A stretch of 64,000 nt of DNA from Candidatus Latescibacterota bacterium (lineage in GTDB: Bacteria > Latescibacterota > UBA2968 > GCA-2709665): positions 2,272,001 to 2,336,000 of the forward strand of contig OZ242180.1 in the NCBI GenBank assembly GCA_965205485.1, given 5' to 3'. A model generated the notes under the pieces. It searched no databases. It saw nothing but the letters and a program-made list of their open reading frames with translations, and was not told where the DNA came from. Shown here piece after piece: positions 19,401-27,511 of the stretch (position 1 is the first letter of the stretch; each line of letters opens with the position of its first letter). Made by a program: the position numbers and the translations under genes.

Positions 19401-19484
19401 TGTCGCGGCCATTACCGCATTGCCGGCAAAGAACACGGTACACAAAACGACCACAGCGCCCGTCAAAAACCTGAGCCTGCTCAT
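16419..19484 (-). CDS. TonB-dependent receptor with N-terminal carboxypeptidase-regulatory-like domain
   Basis: TTGKIVGRVTD..GEPLPGASV, plug motif VITGGMNAEYGNAQAGVIQIVT, YVQDKMEF, GLRYD, SPRLGISHPIT, VFNLFN, terminal F. Start at MSRLRF after an AGGAGG SD. Confidence 0.9.
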   Translation of the reverse strand: MSRLRFLTGAVVVLCTVFFAGNAVMAATTGKIVGRVTDEQGEPLPGASVAIEEARLGGTTDADGFYVIVSVTPGQYKLTASMVGYHSVVKEQVGVRVDFTTTIDFQLRETELELEEMVVVAERPPVDPDKTDSRYVVTAEEIERTPILRNVTEVLELEPGYAVDGSGAIRGWVASHNVVYVDGVPVSGRDGRGIGGGWGDGGERQWYGVNLKAVQEVSVITGGMNAEYGNAQAGVIQIVTRDGGAQYHGEAEYRLTPAGKKHWGENVYEAPELRGNAKWNDPAWTSEVDPETGNLVHPRTNYTDWRGHYLDGFLSGPLMGNSSFFASARHLRDAAVLPGPWRTRPANLRTTAKLTVPAGSNMKLRIGWMYDFAESFNNGRLSRYSFPNVIRGPGRDLFIPDGSIAGAEKQTDNMVYGVITHTISPRTFYEVSVSRYGSRTDTSGVGNKTTSVRTDSEGYFYIGREDVWAFKVGEQNRFSVKADVSSQMTRGHFAKTGFEFMTFENWWTWTGMTPGDAKRDIRYIGQPEPGEAVTPSQFGAYVQDKMEFEGLIVNVGLRYDRLWGQDVQLLPSFTSGWYNAMDTFIQAPTGPMRTIQGWSPRLGISHPITARSSMHFYYGRYMMIPSFRQQFGSHWETASGPDGIPGVPWSHFNAKDESYGANVISPVWDHGHPTTSFEVGTDWNFVSDYVFSLAAFYKSGHLQSTGIWHDAVDPVTGRTGAIGGTYGSERTEDVKGFEFSMRKGFSNFFAFRAALNLEWLEAIHWLGDAETVASVLIYPDRSFIASGRYHKEWRVAGGRREPVPLTAEEIKTLGDKAEENLQKVRENVNAFNARGSAPLQPAWEVEGLTDEAREWLQGIWFQKFWFSTGNIFTRGRRSQGSLQMFFSSPLDYGPGKQYAGATLFGGINANLIYRIYTGSKFNYIKLTGANTPARRPLHTEADLNLQKHFRFGNVNADVFVEVFNLFNQQDASGVTGTDYMWWGLQQPRPNDATYLNYGDVSDRSRYIGNPRITHMGIRLSF

Positions 19485-19574
19485 GGTTCCTCCTTTTCGC
19501 GGCGTCTGTTTCACTTGCAAGTCATTCCAACTGAGATCCAACGGGATGCCTCTTTCAATGTCACGCCTGCGTTG

Positions 19575-20291
19575 CTATTTCTGGAAGTAGAACCGGATGC
19601 CCCCGCGCGCATTCAGGAACTGCATCGGAAACGTCTGGCCTTCGAGACCCCACGCCTCCATCGGCCTCAACTCGCCCAGCAGGAGATTGTACCGTGCGCG
19701 CACATCCAGCGAAATGTTATCGAACACGAACGCCTCCACGCCCAGGCCCACGTTGGCGCCCAGCGCCGTGCGCGAATCGCTGAACGGCTCGATCACCAGT
19801 TCCTTGTCTAAGGGCGCCTCGCGTTGCCCCGGAAAGATCAGGCCGCTTACGTCCGTCTTGTAGTCGTAGAAGCCCGCGCCGACGGTCACGTAGGTGGAAT
19901 ACTTCTCCTTGGCAAGGATGCCTCCGCCTCCTCGTCTGACCACCGCGTTCACCAGAAAGCTGCTGATACGCATCTCGCTCGCAGCATCAGGTGACTTATA
20001 GTCTCTGCCGTCTACGGGCCAGGTAAACGGGGTGTCTTCCAGTGCTCCGTTCTCGAATATGGACCGGTGAAACTCCATCTCCACGCTGGTCCTCGGACTC
20101 ATCACGTAGGTGAACACCACGCCTGCCTGCCCCCGGCCGGTTTCATACCAGTCTTTCAGCTTGAAGATCGACCGGTTGTAGTCCAGGAACGTCCCGAGCC
20201 CCCAACTTCCGGCCACACCGCCCCCGTAGACCGTTCCCGCCGAAAGCAGCAGAAGCGCCGCTGTCATACACACCAACACACCGTTACGCAT
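19575..20291 (-). CDS. Small outer-membrane beta-barrel (OmpA/OmpW-like)
   Basis: Signal peptide, YVTVGAGFY, LGANVGLGVE, LDVRARYN, GGIRFYF end. GGAGG SD. Confidence 0.75.
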   Translation of the reverse strand: MRNGVLVCMTAALLLLSAGTVYGGGVAGSWGLGTFLDYNRSIFKLKDWYETGRGQAGVVFTYVMSPRTSVEMEFHRSIFENGALEDTPFTWPVDGRDYKSPDAASEMRISSFLVNAVVRRGGGGILAKEKYSTYVTVGAGFYDYKTDVSGLIFPGQREAPLDKELVIEPFSDSRTALGANVGLGVEAFVFDNISLDVRARYNLLLGELRPMEAWGLEGQTFPMQFLNARGGIRFYFQK

Positions 20292-20489
20292 TTTCAACCT
20301 CCTCCAAAATTCAGATGTCACGAGCGACATCCGGACACTCCGGTGCCATCCTGCAAAACGCACCTTCAATCCTGTCGGATCATCACCTCCTTGCAGTGTT
20401 ATCGTCCGGCGTCTATGCGCAGTTGTTCGATGAATAAGGTGGGAAATGATTCCGAATAAATCACGATAGTAATATTCCTACAAATCGCA

Positions 20490-20519
20490 ATTAATGGATG
20501 AGAATTATCGAAGTCAAGT
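20490..20519 (-). promoter_or_regulatory. Putative promoter of the barrel-TBDR-CTD-PorV operon
   Basis: TTGACT on the minus strand (20519-20514) with an AT-rich -10 region, inside an AT-rich intergenic patch. Confidence 0.4.
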
Positions 20520-20599
20520 CTTTTTCAATCTGCTATTAGACGAATTTATGAGATTCTTTGGAACGTGGGGACCCCGGAGAGGGAGCCATCTGGCTGCTA

Positions 20600-21397
20600 T
20601 CAACCATCGATATATCCCTGCAGCAGGCGGGCCGTTTCCGACGCGACGCGAGAGGGGTCGTCGTCCTTCGAATACGGCTCGAGGACGTTGACGTAACCTG
20701 CATATCCGATGGTTTTCAGATTCGATATGAATTGCGGGATGTCGAGATGGTCCTCGTCGCACAGGTACGCCCTGCGGAACGCCGGCGTCGACCTTCGATA
20801 GTACCTGCGGATGGTCTGATCGCCCTGGTGCAGCACGCCGCCCTGTACGTTGACGATGCTCAGCAGGTCCCGCACCTGTTCCAGGGTTGCCAGGCCGTAG
20901 TCCTGCTCGGCCATGTGGATATTCAACGGATCGACGTTCAGCCCGAGATTCGGTCGGTCGACCTTGCCTATGAAATCGCGGGCGCGGAGGATATCCTCGA
21001 ACATGCTGTTGAAATGACAGGCGATGACAAGCGTGATTTCCTGCCGTGCGGCCAGGTCGCACCATTCACGGATAAAATCGATATCCGTGGGATACCCGAT
21101 CATCAGCTGGTCCAGTCCTACACGCGGCAGAAGCGCCAGTTTCTTACTGATCAGATCCGCGTCGAACGAAGCCGAATCCAGCCGTCCCCATAGCATGCTG
21201 CAGCCCAGGCCGGGTCCGGCATAGAGGGCTTCAACCTCATCGAAGCGTTCATCCTTGATGAGGTGATCGATTTGACCGTCCCTCAGGTGCACGCCCTCAT
21301 AGCCCGCGCCGGCCGTAAGCGCCAGGAATTCTTCCACCGTCATCGCATAGGACTGCTTCGTCATTTCAATCAGCCGACCGGACAGCGATAGCTTCAT
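20600..21397 (-). CDS. Sugar-phosphate isomerase/epimerase (xylose-isomerase-like TIM barrel)
   Basis: AGYEGVHL, VDRPNLGLNVDPLN, LKTIGYAGYVNVLE. Confidence 0.75.
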   Translation of the reverse strand: MKLSLSGRLIEMTKQSYAMTVEEFLALTAGAGYEGVHLRDGQIDHLIKDERFDEVEALYAGPGLGCSMLWGRLDSASFDADLISKKLALLPRVGLDQLMIGYPTDIDFIREWCDLAARQEITLVIACHFNSMFEDILRARDFIGKVDRPNLGLNVDPLNIHMAEQDYGLATLEQVRDLLSIVNVQGGVLHQGDQTIRRYYRRSTPAFRRAYLCDEDHLDIPQFISNLKTIGYAGYVNVLEPYSKDDDPSRVASETARLLQGYIDG

Positions 21398-21421
21398 CTG
21401 ATCCTCCTCAAAGAACGGAAT

Positions 21422-22414
21422 TCAGAATGAATTCTTCACGCGAACGGGTTTGCCGGTTTCGATGGACTCCGCGCCCGCGATGCAGGTGGCCGCGGATTTC
21501 GCGCCGTCCCGGACGTCGATCATCGGCGTCCTGTCGTTCAGAATGCAATCCACGAAGTGCGCCATCTCTTCCCCGAACGTGGGGTGTTCGGCAAGAATCG
21601 TAATCGGCAGCCGTATGAAATCCTCCAGTTCCTCGACCCTGCTGAGGTACAACCTGTCGTTGATCATCGTACCTTTATTTCCGTATATCGCCAGATTCAA
21701 CTCGTAGGGACGCTGGCATCCGAGAAATGCAGCCATCTTGCCCATACAACCGTTCTCGAATCGGAAATTCATCAGGTACGCGTCGTCGTGCGGAAATTCG
21801 GCGAGCACTTTGTGATTGGAAATCGCGAATACTTCCTCAATTTCCCCAACGATCCATCGCAGGAGATCGATGGGATGGACGCCGCCGCCCATCAGGCCGA
21901 AGTGCGGATTCCGGTCGTCGATCCACCAGTCCTTGATCCGTTTCCCGATGTTGTGCAGGTAGTCCGCCTCGGCGTAGAAGGCTTCCCCCAGTTCTCCATC
22001 GTCGTACATGCGTTTGATGGTCTTGCAGATGGGATTGAACCGCGCGCTTTGCCCCACCATGACCTTGAGCGAAGGTTTCGTATCGGCCATCCGTACGATC
22101 CGTTCGCAGTCCTCCAGGGTGGTCGCCAGGGGTTTTTCGCAGATGACGTGCTTGCCGGCTTCCAGCGCCGCAACCGCCTGATCGGCGTGCGCGTAGTTGG
22201 GGCTGCACAGGGAGATAATATGAATATCGTCACGCTCCAGCATCGACTCGTAGGTGGGGGCAAACAGGTCCATGGAGCCGGGGAAGAGGTCCAGTCTGCG
22301 TGCGCTCGGCGCCCAGGCCGCCCGCACCTCGGCATCCGGATTCTCGTCAAACGCCTTGAAATGTTCCCGTCCCGCGTGTCCGATGCCCACGATCCCAACG
22401 CCCAGTTTTTCCAT
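21422..22414 (-). CDS. Gfo/Idh/MocA-family oxidoreductase
   Basis: GIVGIGHAG, ALEAGKHVICEKPL, GGVHPIDL. Confidence 0.9.
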   Translation of the reverse strand: MEKLGVGIVGIGHAGREHFKAFDENPDAEVRAAWAPSARRLDLFPGSMDLFAPTYESMLERDDIHIISLCSPNYAHADQAVAALEAGKHVICEKPLATTLEDCERIVRMADTKPSLKVMVGQSARFNPICKTIKRMYDDGELGEAFYAEADYLHNIGKRIKDWWIDDRNPHFGLMGGGVHPIDLLRWIVGEIEEVFAISNHKVLAEFPHDDAYLMNFRFENGCMGKMAAFLGCQRPYELNLAIYGNKGTMINDRLYLSRVEELEDFIRLPITILAEHPTFGEEMAHFVDCILNDRTPMIDVRDGAKSAATCIAGAESIETGKPVRVKNSF

Positions 22415-22492
22415 TTCAGGCCCTCCGGTGCAAACCTCGGAATACAATTGCGATTCCGGGAAGTCTTTCTTCTCAGCGGTACATTGTCCGGC

Positions 22493-23338
22493 TCAATTCT
22501 CGACGTCCTCCAACAATGCGAGAAGATTCGAGCCTTCGATGCGCGTCCGGTCCTCATCGGTTAGGAACGGCATCTTCGCAAACAGGTCGACCGTCTGCGG
22601 AAACGTCACCCAGTCCAGGCAGGGCGAATAGTCCGACGCCCACAGCAGCCGCTCAACGCCGTAGGCATCCACCAAGGCTTCCACGTACGGCCAGGCCGCG
22701 TGGTGCGGATAGTCGTGACCCGGATCGGTCAGCGCGTAGAAACCGCTCAGCTTGACCCGCGACTGGGGAAATTCCGCCAGCGCCAAAACGCTGGCCATCG
22801 CGGATCGGGCCTCATCGGGGCCGGGCGCCCGGGCCTGTCTCGGCGGCAGGCCCAGGTGGGACAGGACGAGGCGCAACTCCGGATGCCGCCCGAGGACCTT
22901 CTGCCAGGCGTTCCAGTCGTCGCCCTTCGAATTCACGCTCACGAGCCAGCGCCTGGAAACCAGCCACTGCCAGACCTCGTCCGATATGGCGAGGAGTGCG
23001 TCCACGCGTTCGGGCCCGAAAATATAAAAGCTCACGCCCACGAATCCGTCCGCCTGAAGCTGTGCCAGCGCTTCGATCGTAGGGGGCTCCGCTGCATCGA
23101 AATAGGCCGCGGGATACACCCAGTCGTACTCGGCCGCCATCCGTGTGAGATAGCGGGTATTCTCCGCCGCCCAGGGAACGTCCGCGTACCCCACGATCAA
23201 CGCGGCCTTCACCCCGTGGTCCTTCGCCAGCGATGCATAGACGACGGCTTCATCGACGGGCCGGCCCAGCCGCTTCATAAAGGAATCCTGGTAGCCTCCC
23301 TCGAAAAGGTGGATATGCGCGTCGGCTCGTTCGGACAT
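22493..23338 (-). CDS. Amidohydrolase family (lactonase-like, amidohydro_2)
   Basis: DAHIH, VLSHLGLP, VKLSG, ERLLWASDYSP. Confidence 0.85.
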   Translation of the reverse strand: MSERADAHIHLFEGGYQDSFMKRLGRPVDEAVVYASLAKDHGVKAALIVGYADVPWAAENTRYLTRMAAEYDWVYPAAYFDAAEPPTIEALAQLQADGFVGVSFYIFGPERVDALLAISDEVWQWLVSRRWLVSVNSKGDDWNAWQKVLGRHPELRLVLSHLGLPPRQARAPGPDEARSAMASVLALAEFPQSRVKLSGFYALTDPGHDYPHHAAWPYVEALVDAYGVERLLWASDYSPCLDWVTFPQTVDLFAKMPFLTDEDRTRIEGSNLLALLEDVEN

Positions 23339-23382
23339 CGTTCGGTTCCTCCGTGGTTTAGGGGATCACGTTAAAACTTCGC

Positions 23383-23412
23383 CGCGAACTGGCAGTTCGC
23401 GCTACCTGATCA
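23383..23412. repeat. GTAG-type REP-like hairpin, copy of 7684-7712
   Basis: cgcgaactggcagttcgcg-ctacctgatca just downstream of a stop codon. Confidence 0.7.
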
Positions 23413-23419
23413 GGCGCCG

Positions 23420-25435
23420 TTACTCCCATTGCAGTTCCACCGCCAGGAAGTCCTGGTCGCCGGGCATGTCTACCGGCAGCCGGACGATTTGCCCGTCGAC
23501 CGTCGCGGAGCCCATCAGTTCCTCGCCGGAATATATATCCACCAGCGTTGTTGGCGCCGACCCTTCCGGAACCCGCATCTCCAGATTCGTCTCGTAGGCC
23601 AGCCCCAGGTAGTTGAAGATCAGACCGACGAGGCACCCGTCTCCCAGACTCGGAAACAGTTCCATCGTCGGCACGTCCCGGCGGTCCCAGGGACGCAGTT
23701 CTCCGTAGTCGTTTTTTGGAGGATAAGGCCACAACCTCGCCGCGGGCGCTTCGGCCGACAGCCACGCCAGCGCGTTCCGCAAGAGTGCCATCCCGCCCGT
23801 GGGCGTCCGTACGGCGCCGTGGTCTCCGGGTTCCACGTAGTTGAACAGGGGCGTTCCCGCCAGCCAGACCTCGCGCCGCCCGTCGCGCTCGGCCGCTAAG
23901 AGAGCGGGTCGCCCGTCCACTTCGGCGATCGTCTCCCCTTCGAGACCGGGTTCCAGGAACGCCGACCCCAGCATGATGGGCGCATCGATCCCCACGAGCA
24001 GCGGGTGGCCGGAAACGATCGGCTTCAATTCCGAGAGCCCCGTCTCGTCACCGGAGGGGGGCGGATGCGCGCCTTCGCCCGACCAGTCGCCGGACGGCGT
24101 CCGCCCCACCCGGAGCAGCCCATTACCTCCGTCCGAATGCGATTCCAGTACGGAGCGCTGTTCACGCGTCAGGCAGTGGGTGTCCGGAAGGATGACCGGG
24201 CCGCTCAACGCATCGCCGGCATCCGGAAGCCGCCGGTCGAAAACCCATCGCCAGGGCAACCCCACCTGGTTCATCACGTCCGGCCAGATCGCCAGGACCT
24301 CCCGGCCCCATCGTTTGTCGGGATACCCGTAGATTTCCGTCTGGGAGGGCTTGATCAACGTGGCGGCGCTGTAGGGCCGGGTTTTCTCAAAGTAGGGAAT
24401 CAGCCGCGAGGCGTCCTGCAACCCCTCGTAGTAACCCGGGATGATCTGGCAAAGATCGAACGTGTAGGGCGAGATATTCTCCGCCCCCAGCGCGAACGGA
24501 ACGGCCCCGGCCATGAAGCCGTCCCGGCGCGTCAACTCCAGGCTCCCGGACGGTGGCATAAAACCCTGGGGATAGATGAACAGGGAACGTCCGACCGTCG
24601 CTCCACCCAGCGCGCGCGTCGCCTCCGTCTGTATGCGGCGCATGGGGCGATAGGTAAAATGGGAATAGTGAATATGGTGGTACGGGTCGGTGCACAGGAC
24701 GTCCATGGCCTCCGCGTCGCGGGACAGGTCGATGCCGGACAGCCAGGGGTTTTCGTTGAAGGTCACCACCTTCGGCGAATGCTGGATGCCCACGACGACG
24801 TCCGGCCGCACCTTCTTGATTCCCTCGCGAAACCAGGCGTGAACGGCGGTCCAGGCCTCCATCCGGTGCTGCACCCACCGCCACCAGGACGGGGACGCCC
24901 AGTCAACCTCCCGGGGTGGCGGTTGGCCGGTGTCGCGTTCGTATTCCGCGACGCAGTGGTCGCAATAGCAGCCCACGTCTCCGTTCGAGAACCCGATCTC
25001 GGCTTCGTCATTGAGATGGATTTCCCGAACCGCCGGCAGCCGGATCACCTTGTGAATCATGTCCACGTATTCGGCCTTGTTTTCGGGCTGGAACGGACAG
25101 AGCCACCGGGTCCTCACGATATTGTCGCTGTCCAGCGCGGCGCCGCTGCCTCCGACGCAGACGAGGCTGCGTTCAGGATGGGTCCGCAGGAACGTCTCTC
25201 GGTATTTCATGTATCCCGTAAACACGATTACGCCCAGCCCGAATTCGCCGGCCCATTCCGCCAGCCGGCAGACCTTTTCCCAGACGTATCCCTGCCCTGT
25301 CATCTTATCGTCTTCAGGCTTCAGCCCCAATCCGATGTCGGTAAATCCCTCCTCGCCGACCCACTTCACGTAGTCCCGGGAGAAGCTCGCCTTTTCAAAG
25401 TGCAGCATCGCCGTCCGTCGAATGGTCCTCTTCAT
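23420..25435 (-). CDS. GH42/GHL-like TIM-barrel protein with CxCxxC site and GATase-like middle domain
   Basis: WLCPF, HLNDEA, GCYCDHC, VILPDTHCLT. Paralog at 1..1947. Confidence 0.7.
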   Translation of the reverse strand: MKRTIRRTAMLHFEKASFSRDYVKWVGEEGFTDIGLGLKPEDDKMTGQGYVWEKVCRLAEWAGEFGLGVIVFTGYMKYRETFLRTHPERSLVCVGGSGAALDSDNIVRTRWLCPFQPENKAEYVDMIHKVIRLPAVREIHLNDEAEIGFSNGDVGCYCDHCVAEYERDTGQPPPREVDWASPSWWRWVQHRMEAWTAVHAWFREGIKKVRPDVVVGIQHSPKVVTFNENPWLSGIDLSRDAEAMDVLCTDPYHHIHYSHFTYRPMRRIQTEATRALGGATVGRSLFIYPQGFMPPSGSLELTRRDGFMAGAVPFALGAENISPYTFDLCQIIPGYYEGLQDASRLIPYFEKTRPYSAATLIKPSQTEIYGYPDKRWGREVLAIWPDVMNQVGLPWRWVFDRRLPDAGDALSGPVILPDTHCLTREQRSVLESHSDGGNGLLRVGRTPSGDWSGEGAHPPPSGDETGLSELKPIVSGHPLLVGIDAPIMLGSAFLEPGLEGETIAEVDGRPALLAAERDGRREVWLAGTPLFNYVEPGDHGAVRTPTGGMALLRNALAWLSAEAPAARLWPYPPKNDYGELRPWDRRDVPTMELFPSLGDGCLVGLIFNYLGLAYETNLEMRVPEGSAPTTLVDIYSGEELMGSATVDGQIVRLPVDMPGDQDFLAVELQWE

Positions 25436-25450
25436 CCTGTCCTCCCGGTT

Positions 25451-26416
25451 TTAAGCAGATGTGATGTCAACGCGGACGGGTATGGCGCTGGTCCAGGCCC
25501 GGCGCCCGAATTCGTCCTCCACGCACGCGAATACCCAGTCCCGCATGCGGTAACCCTCCACGGCCAGGTCGACCTCGAACCGTTTCGAAGGCGACGCTGA
25601 CTGCAGGCTGCGGACCCCGAACCCCTTCGACCGGAAGTGACACGCGGTGCAGGGACTGCATTCCACGACGATAGCGCCTCGTTTTTCGATGCGGAAATCG
25701 TGAATCTCCGGCCCCTCGCTGGCGTACGTCCGCTGCGCGCGAATACCTTCCAGAATGCCCTCCACGCCCGGTCGCCGGACGAGTACGCCCGTCCATGTCC
25801 GTCCCGTCACGTCCGCGTCGTCCAGCACGATCGCATCGTCCACGCCGATCGCGGCGAGCCGGACGCCCGCGTTGAACAGCATCTGCCAGAGTTCCTCCGA
25901 ACGCTCCTTGCCGTTGATCTGCCACGTCAGCCGGTTGCTCACCTCCAGGCCGACCATCCCGGACTTTGCCAGGGCATACGCTTTCTCCCAGGAGTAGTCG
26001 CTCCAGGCGGGGTGCGCCAGCACGGCCAGTCCGCCCTGCGCCTCGGTGTCCCGGACCAGGCGGGAGACGTCCTCCTCCGTGCCGTCCAGCGGCCGGGGGA
26101 GATGCCGCATGCCCAGGCAGATAACATGGGTCAGGTCGTCGCCGCCGGGGCAGAACATCTCGGCTCCAGGAACGGTTACGAACGCTTCCGTTGCTTCCGG
26201 CATCGGCGTGATGCTGAGGTAGTCCGTTGTCGCAAGGAAGTCGAATCCCAGGTTCATGTAGTGTTCGCAGACTTCGCGGGACTCGCCCATCTGCGCCACG
26301 TGGGAGTGCAGGCCGCCCCGAACCCACCGGCCGCCGCCTTCGAACTGGTTGTCGACCTCAATCGTCAGCCGGATGGGTCGCCGCTTGTCACGTCCGTCGA
26401 TTTGGAATGTCGTCAT
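25451..26416 (-). CDS. PHP-domain (CehA/McbA-like) metallohydrolase
   Basis: RGGLHSH, GFDFLATTDY, PGAE, LAHPAW, GLEV.N, GVDDA, YASEGP. Confidence 0.8.
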   Translation of the reverse strand: MTTFQIDGRDKRRPIRLTIEVDNQFEGGGRWVRGGLHSHVAQMGESREVCEHYMNLGFDFLATTDYLSITPMPEATEAFVTVPGAEMFCPGGDDLTHVICLGMRHLPRPLDGTEEDVSRLVRDTEAQGGLAVLAHPAWSDYSWEKAYALAKSGMVGLEVSNRLTWQINGKERSEELWQMLFNAGVRLAAIGVDDAIVLDDADVTGRTWTGVLVRRPGVEGILEGIRAQRTYASEGPEIHDFRIEKRGAIVVECSPCTACHFRSKGFGVRSLQSASPSKRFEVDLAVEGYRMRDWVFACVEDEFGRRAWTSAIPVRVDITSA

Positions 26417-26449
26417 CGCTTTCTCCGTCCGTCGTGACCGGCCCGCCGG

Positions 26450-27511
26450 TCAATATGAGAATGCCTTCCGAAGCGGCGCCGATTTCTCCGCGCTATCGTA
26501 CCATCCCTGGGCCGCGTAATCGCCCATATGGAGATAGCATTTGATATTGACCTCCGACGCACCTTCCCGGAACGTCAGAAGCCTGCTCATCGAGATATTC
26601 CTTTTACCGTGATATCGGGAAATCGCCGCCACATTGACGAAAGTCACCCCCCATTTCCGCTCCACGTGGGACCGGCCGCCGCGGGTGTCGTCCGGATTCG
26701 TGTGGGTATGCCCGCCCAGCCAGAGGTCGATCGCCCCCGGATGCGCTTCGAGGTAGGACTCGAATGCGCCGGTATCCGGCTTCCCGCCGACGAAATGAAG
26801 GTAGGACGCGCCGACGGGCGCGCCGGCTTCGAACCGGCCGTGATACCCGCCGTCCACGCCCTCCCACGGTCCGGACGCCACCGTCGTGTTCTTCAACATG
26901 TGGTGGTGCGCCGTCACAATGATCTTGTCCGGGTTCGCTTCTACTTTCTCTCGCCACCATTCAAAGGTCTCCCGCGTCACCGCGCCGGCCGGGAACCCGC
27001 CTTTTTCTGCACGACCCACCGGAGGCCCGCCGTCGTTCCGGTCTCCCATCGCGAGAAACAGGATATTCCCAACTTGAAACGAATACCGCTCCCAGGTCCC
27101 TTCAATCGGATACGGCCGCCTGCCGGCGTGGACGTTGGAATATTCGGGATTCTCACCTGTTGGGTCCACCCATTTCCGGAACCACCACTGGCACGGCTCG
27201 TCCGGTCCGCTGGCGTCGTGGTTGCCCACGATATTGTAGAAATCCTCCCTCGGATGAAGGGTCGACGCGCTGTACTGCCGGACGACCTCTTCACCTTCCT
27301 CGTCGTCCGGCGGCGTCTGCGATCCCGAGAGATCTCCAATGTCCAGCATGATGTCCCACTCGAACGGCGGCCCGCCCTCCGCGCCGCCCGTTTCGGCCTG
27401 CACGATCGCCTCGGCCAGGCTCCGGCGATTGCCCGCCGCCAGGTCCGTGCCCACGTGCGCGTCTCCTCCCGCCCACAGCCTGAACGTCTTTGCACGCACG
27501 TTCCGCCTCAC
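26450..27511 (-). CDS. Calcineurin-like metallophosphoesterase
   Basis: GDAH, GD, GNHD, AHH, GGHTH motifs. GTG start overlaps the upstream TGA (start uncertain). Confidence 0.8.
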   Translation of the reverse strand: MRRNVRAKTFRLWAGGDAHVGTDLAAGNRRSLAEAIVQAETGGAEGGPPFEWDIMLDIGDLSGSQTPPDDEEGEEVVRQYSASTLHPREDFYNIVGNHDASGPDEPCQWWFRKWVDPTGENPEYSNVHAGRRPYPIEGTWERYSFQVGNILFLAMGDRNDGGPPVGRAEKGGFPAGAVTRETFEWWREKVEANPDKIIVTAHHHMLKNTTVASGPWEGVDGGYHGRFEAGAPVGASYLHFVGGKPDTGAFESYLEAHPGAIDLWLGGHTHTNPDDTRGGRSHVERKWGVTFVNVAAISRYHGKRNISMSRLLTFREGASEVNIKCYLHMGDYAAQGWYDSAEKSAPLRKAFSY

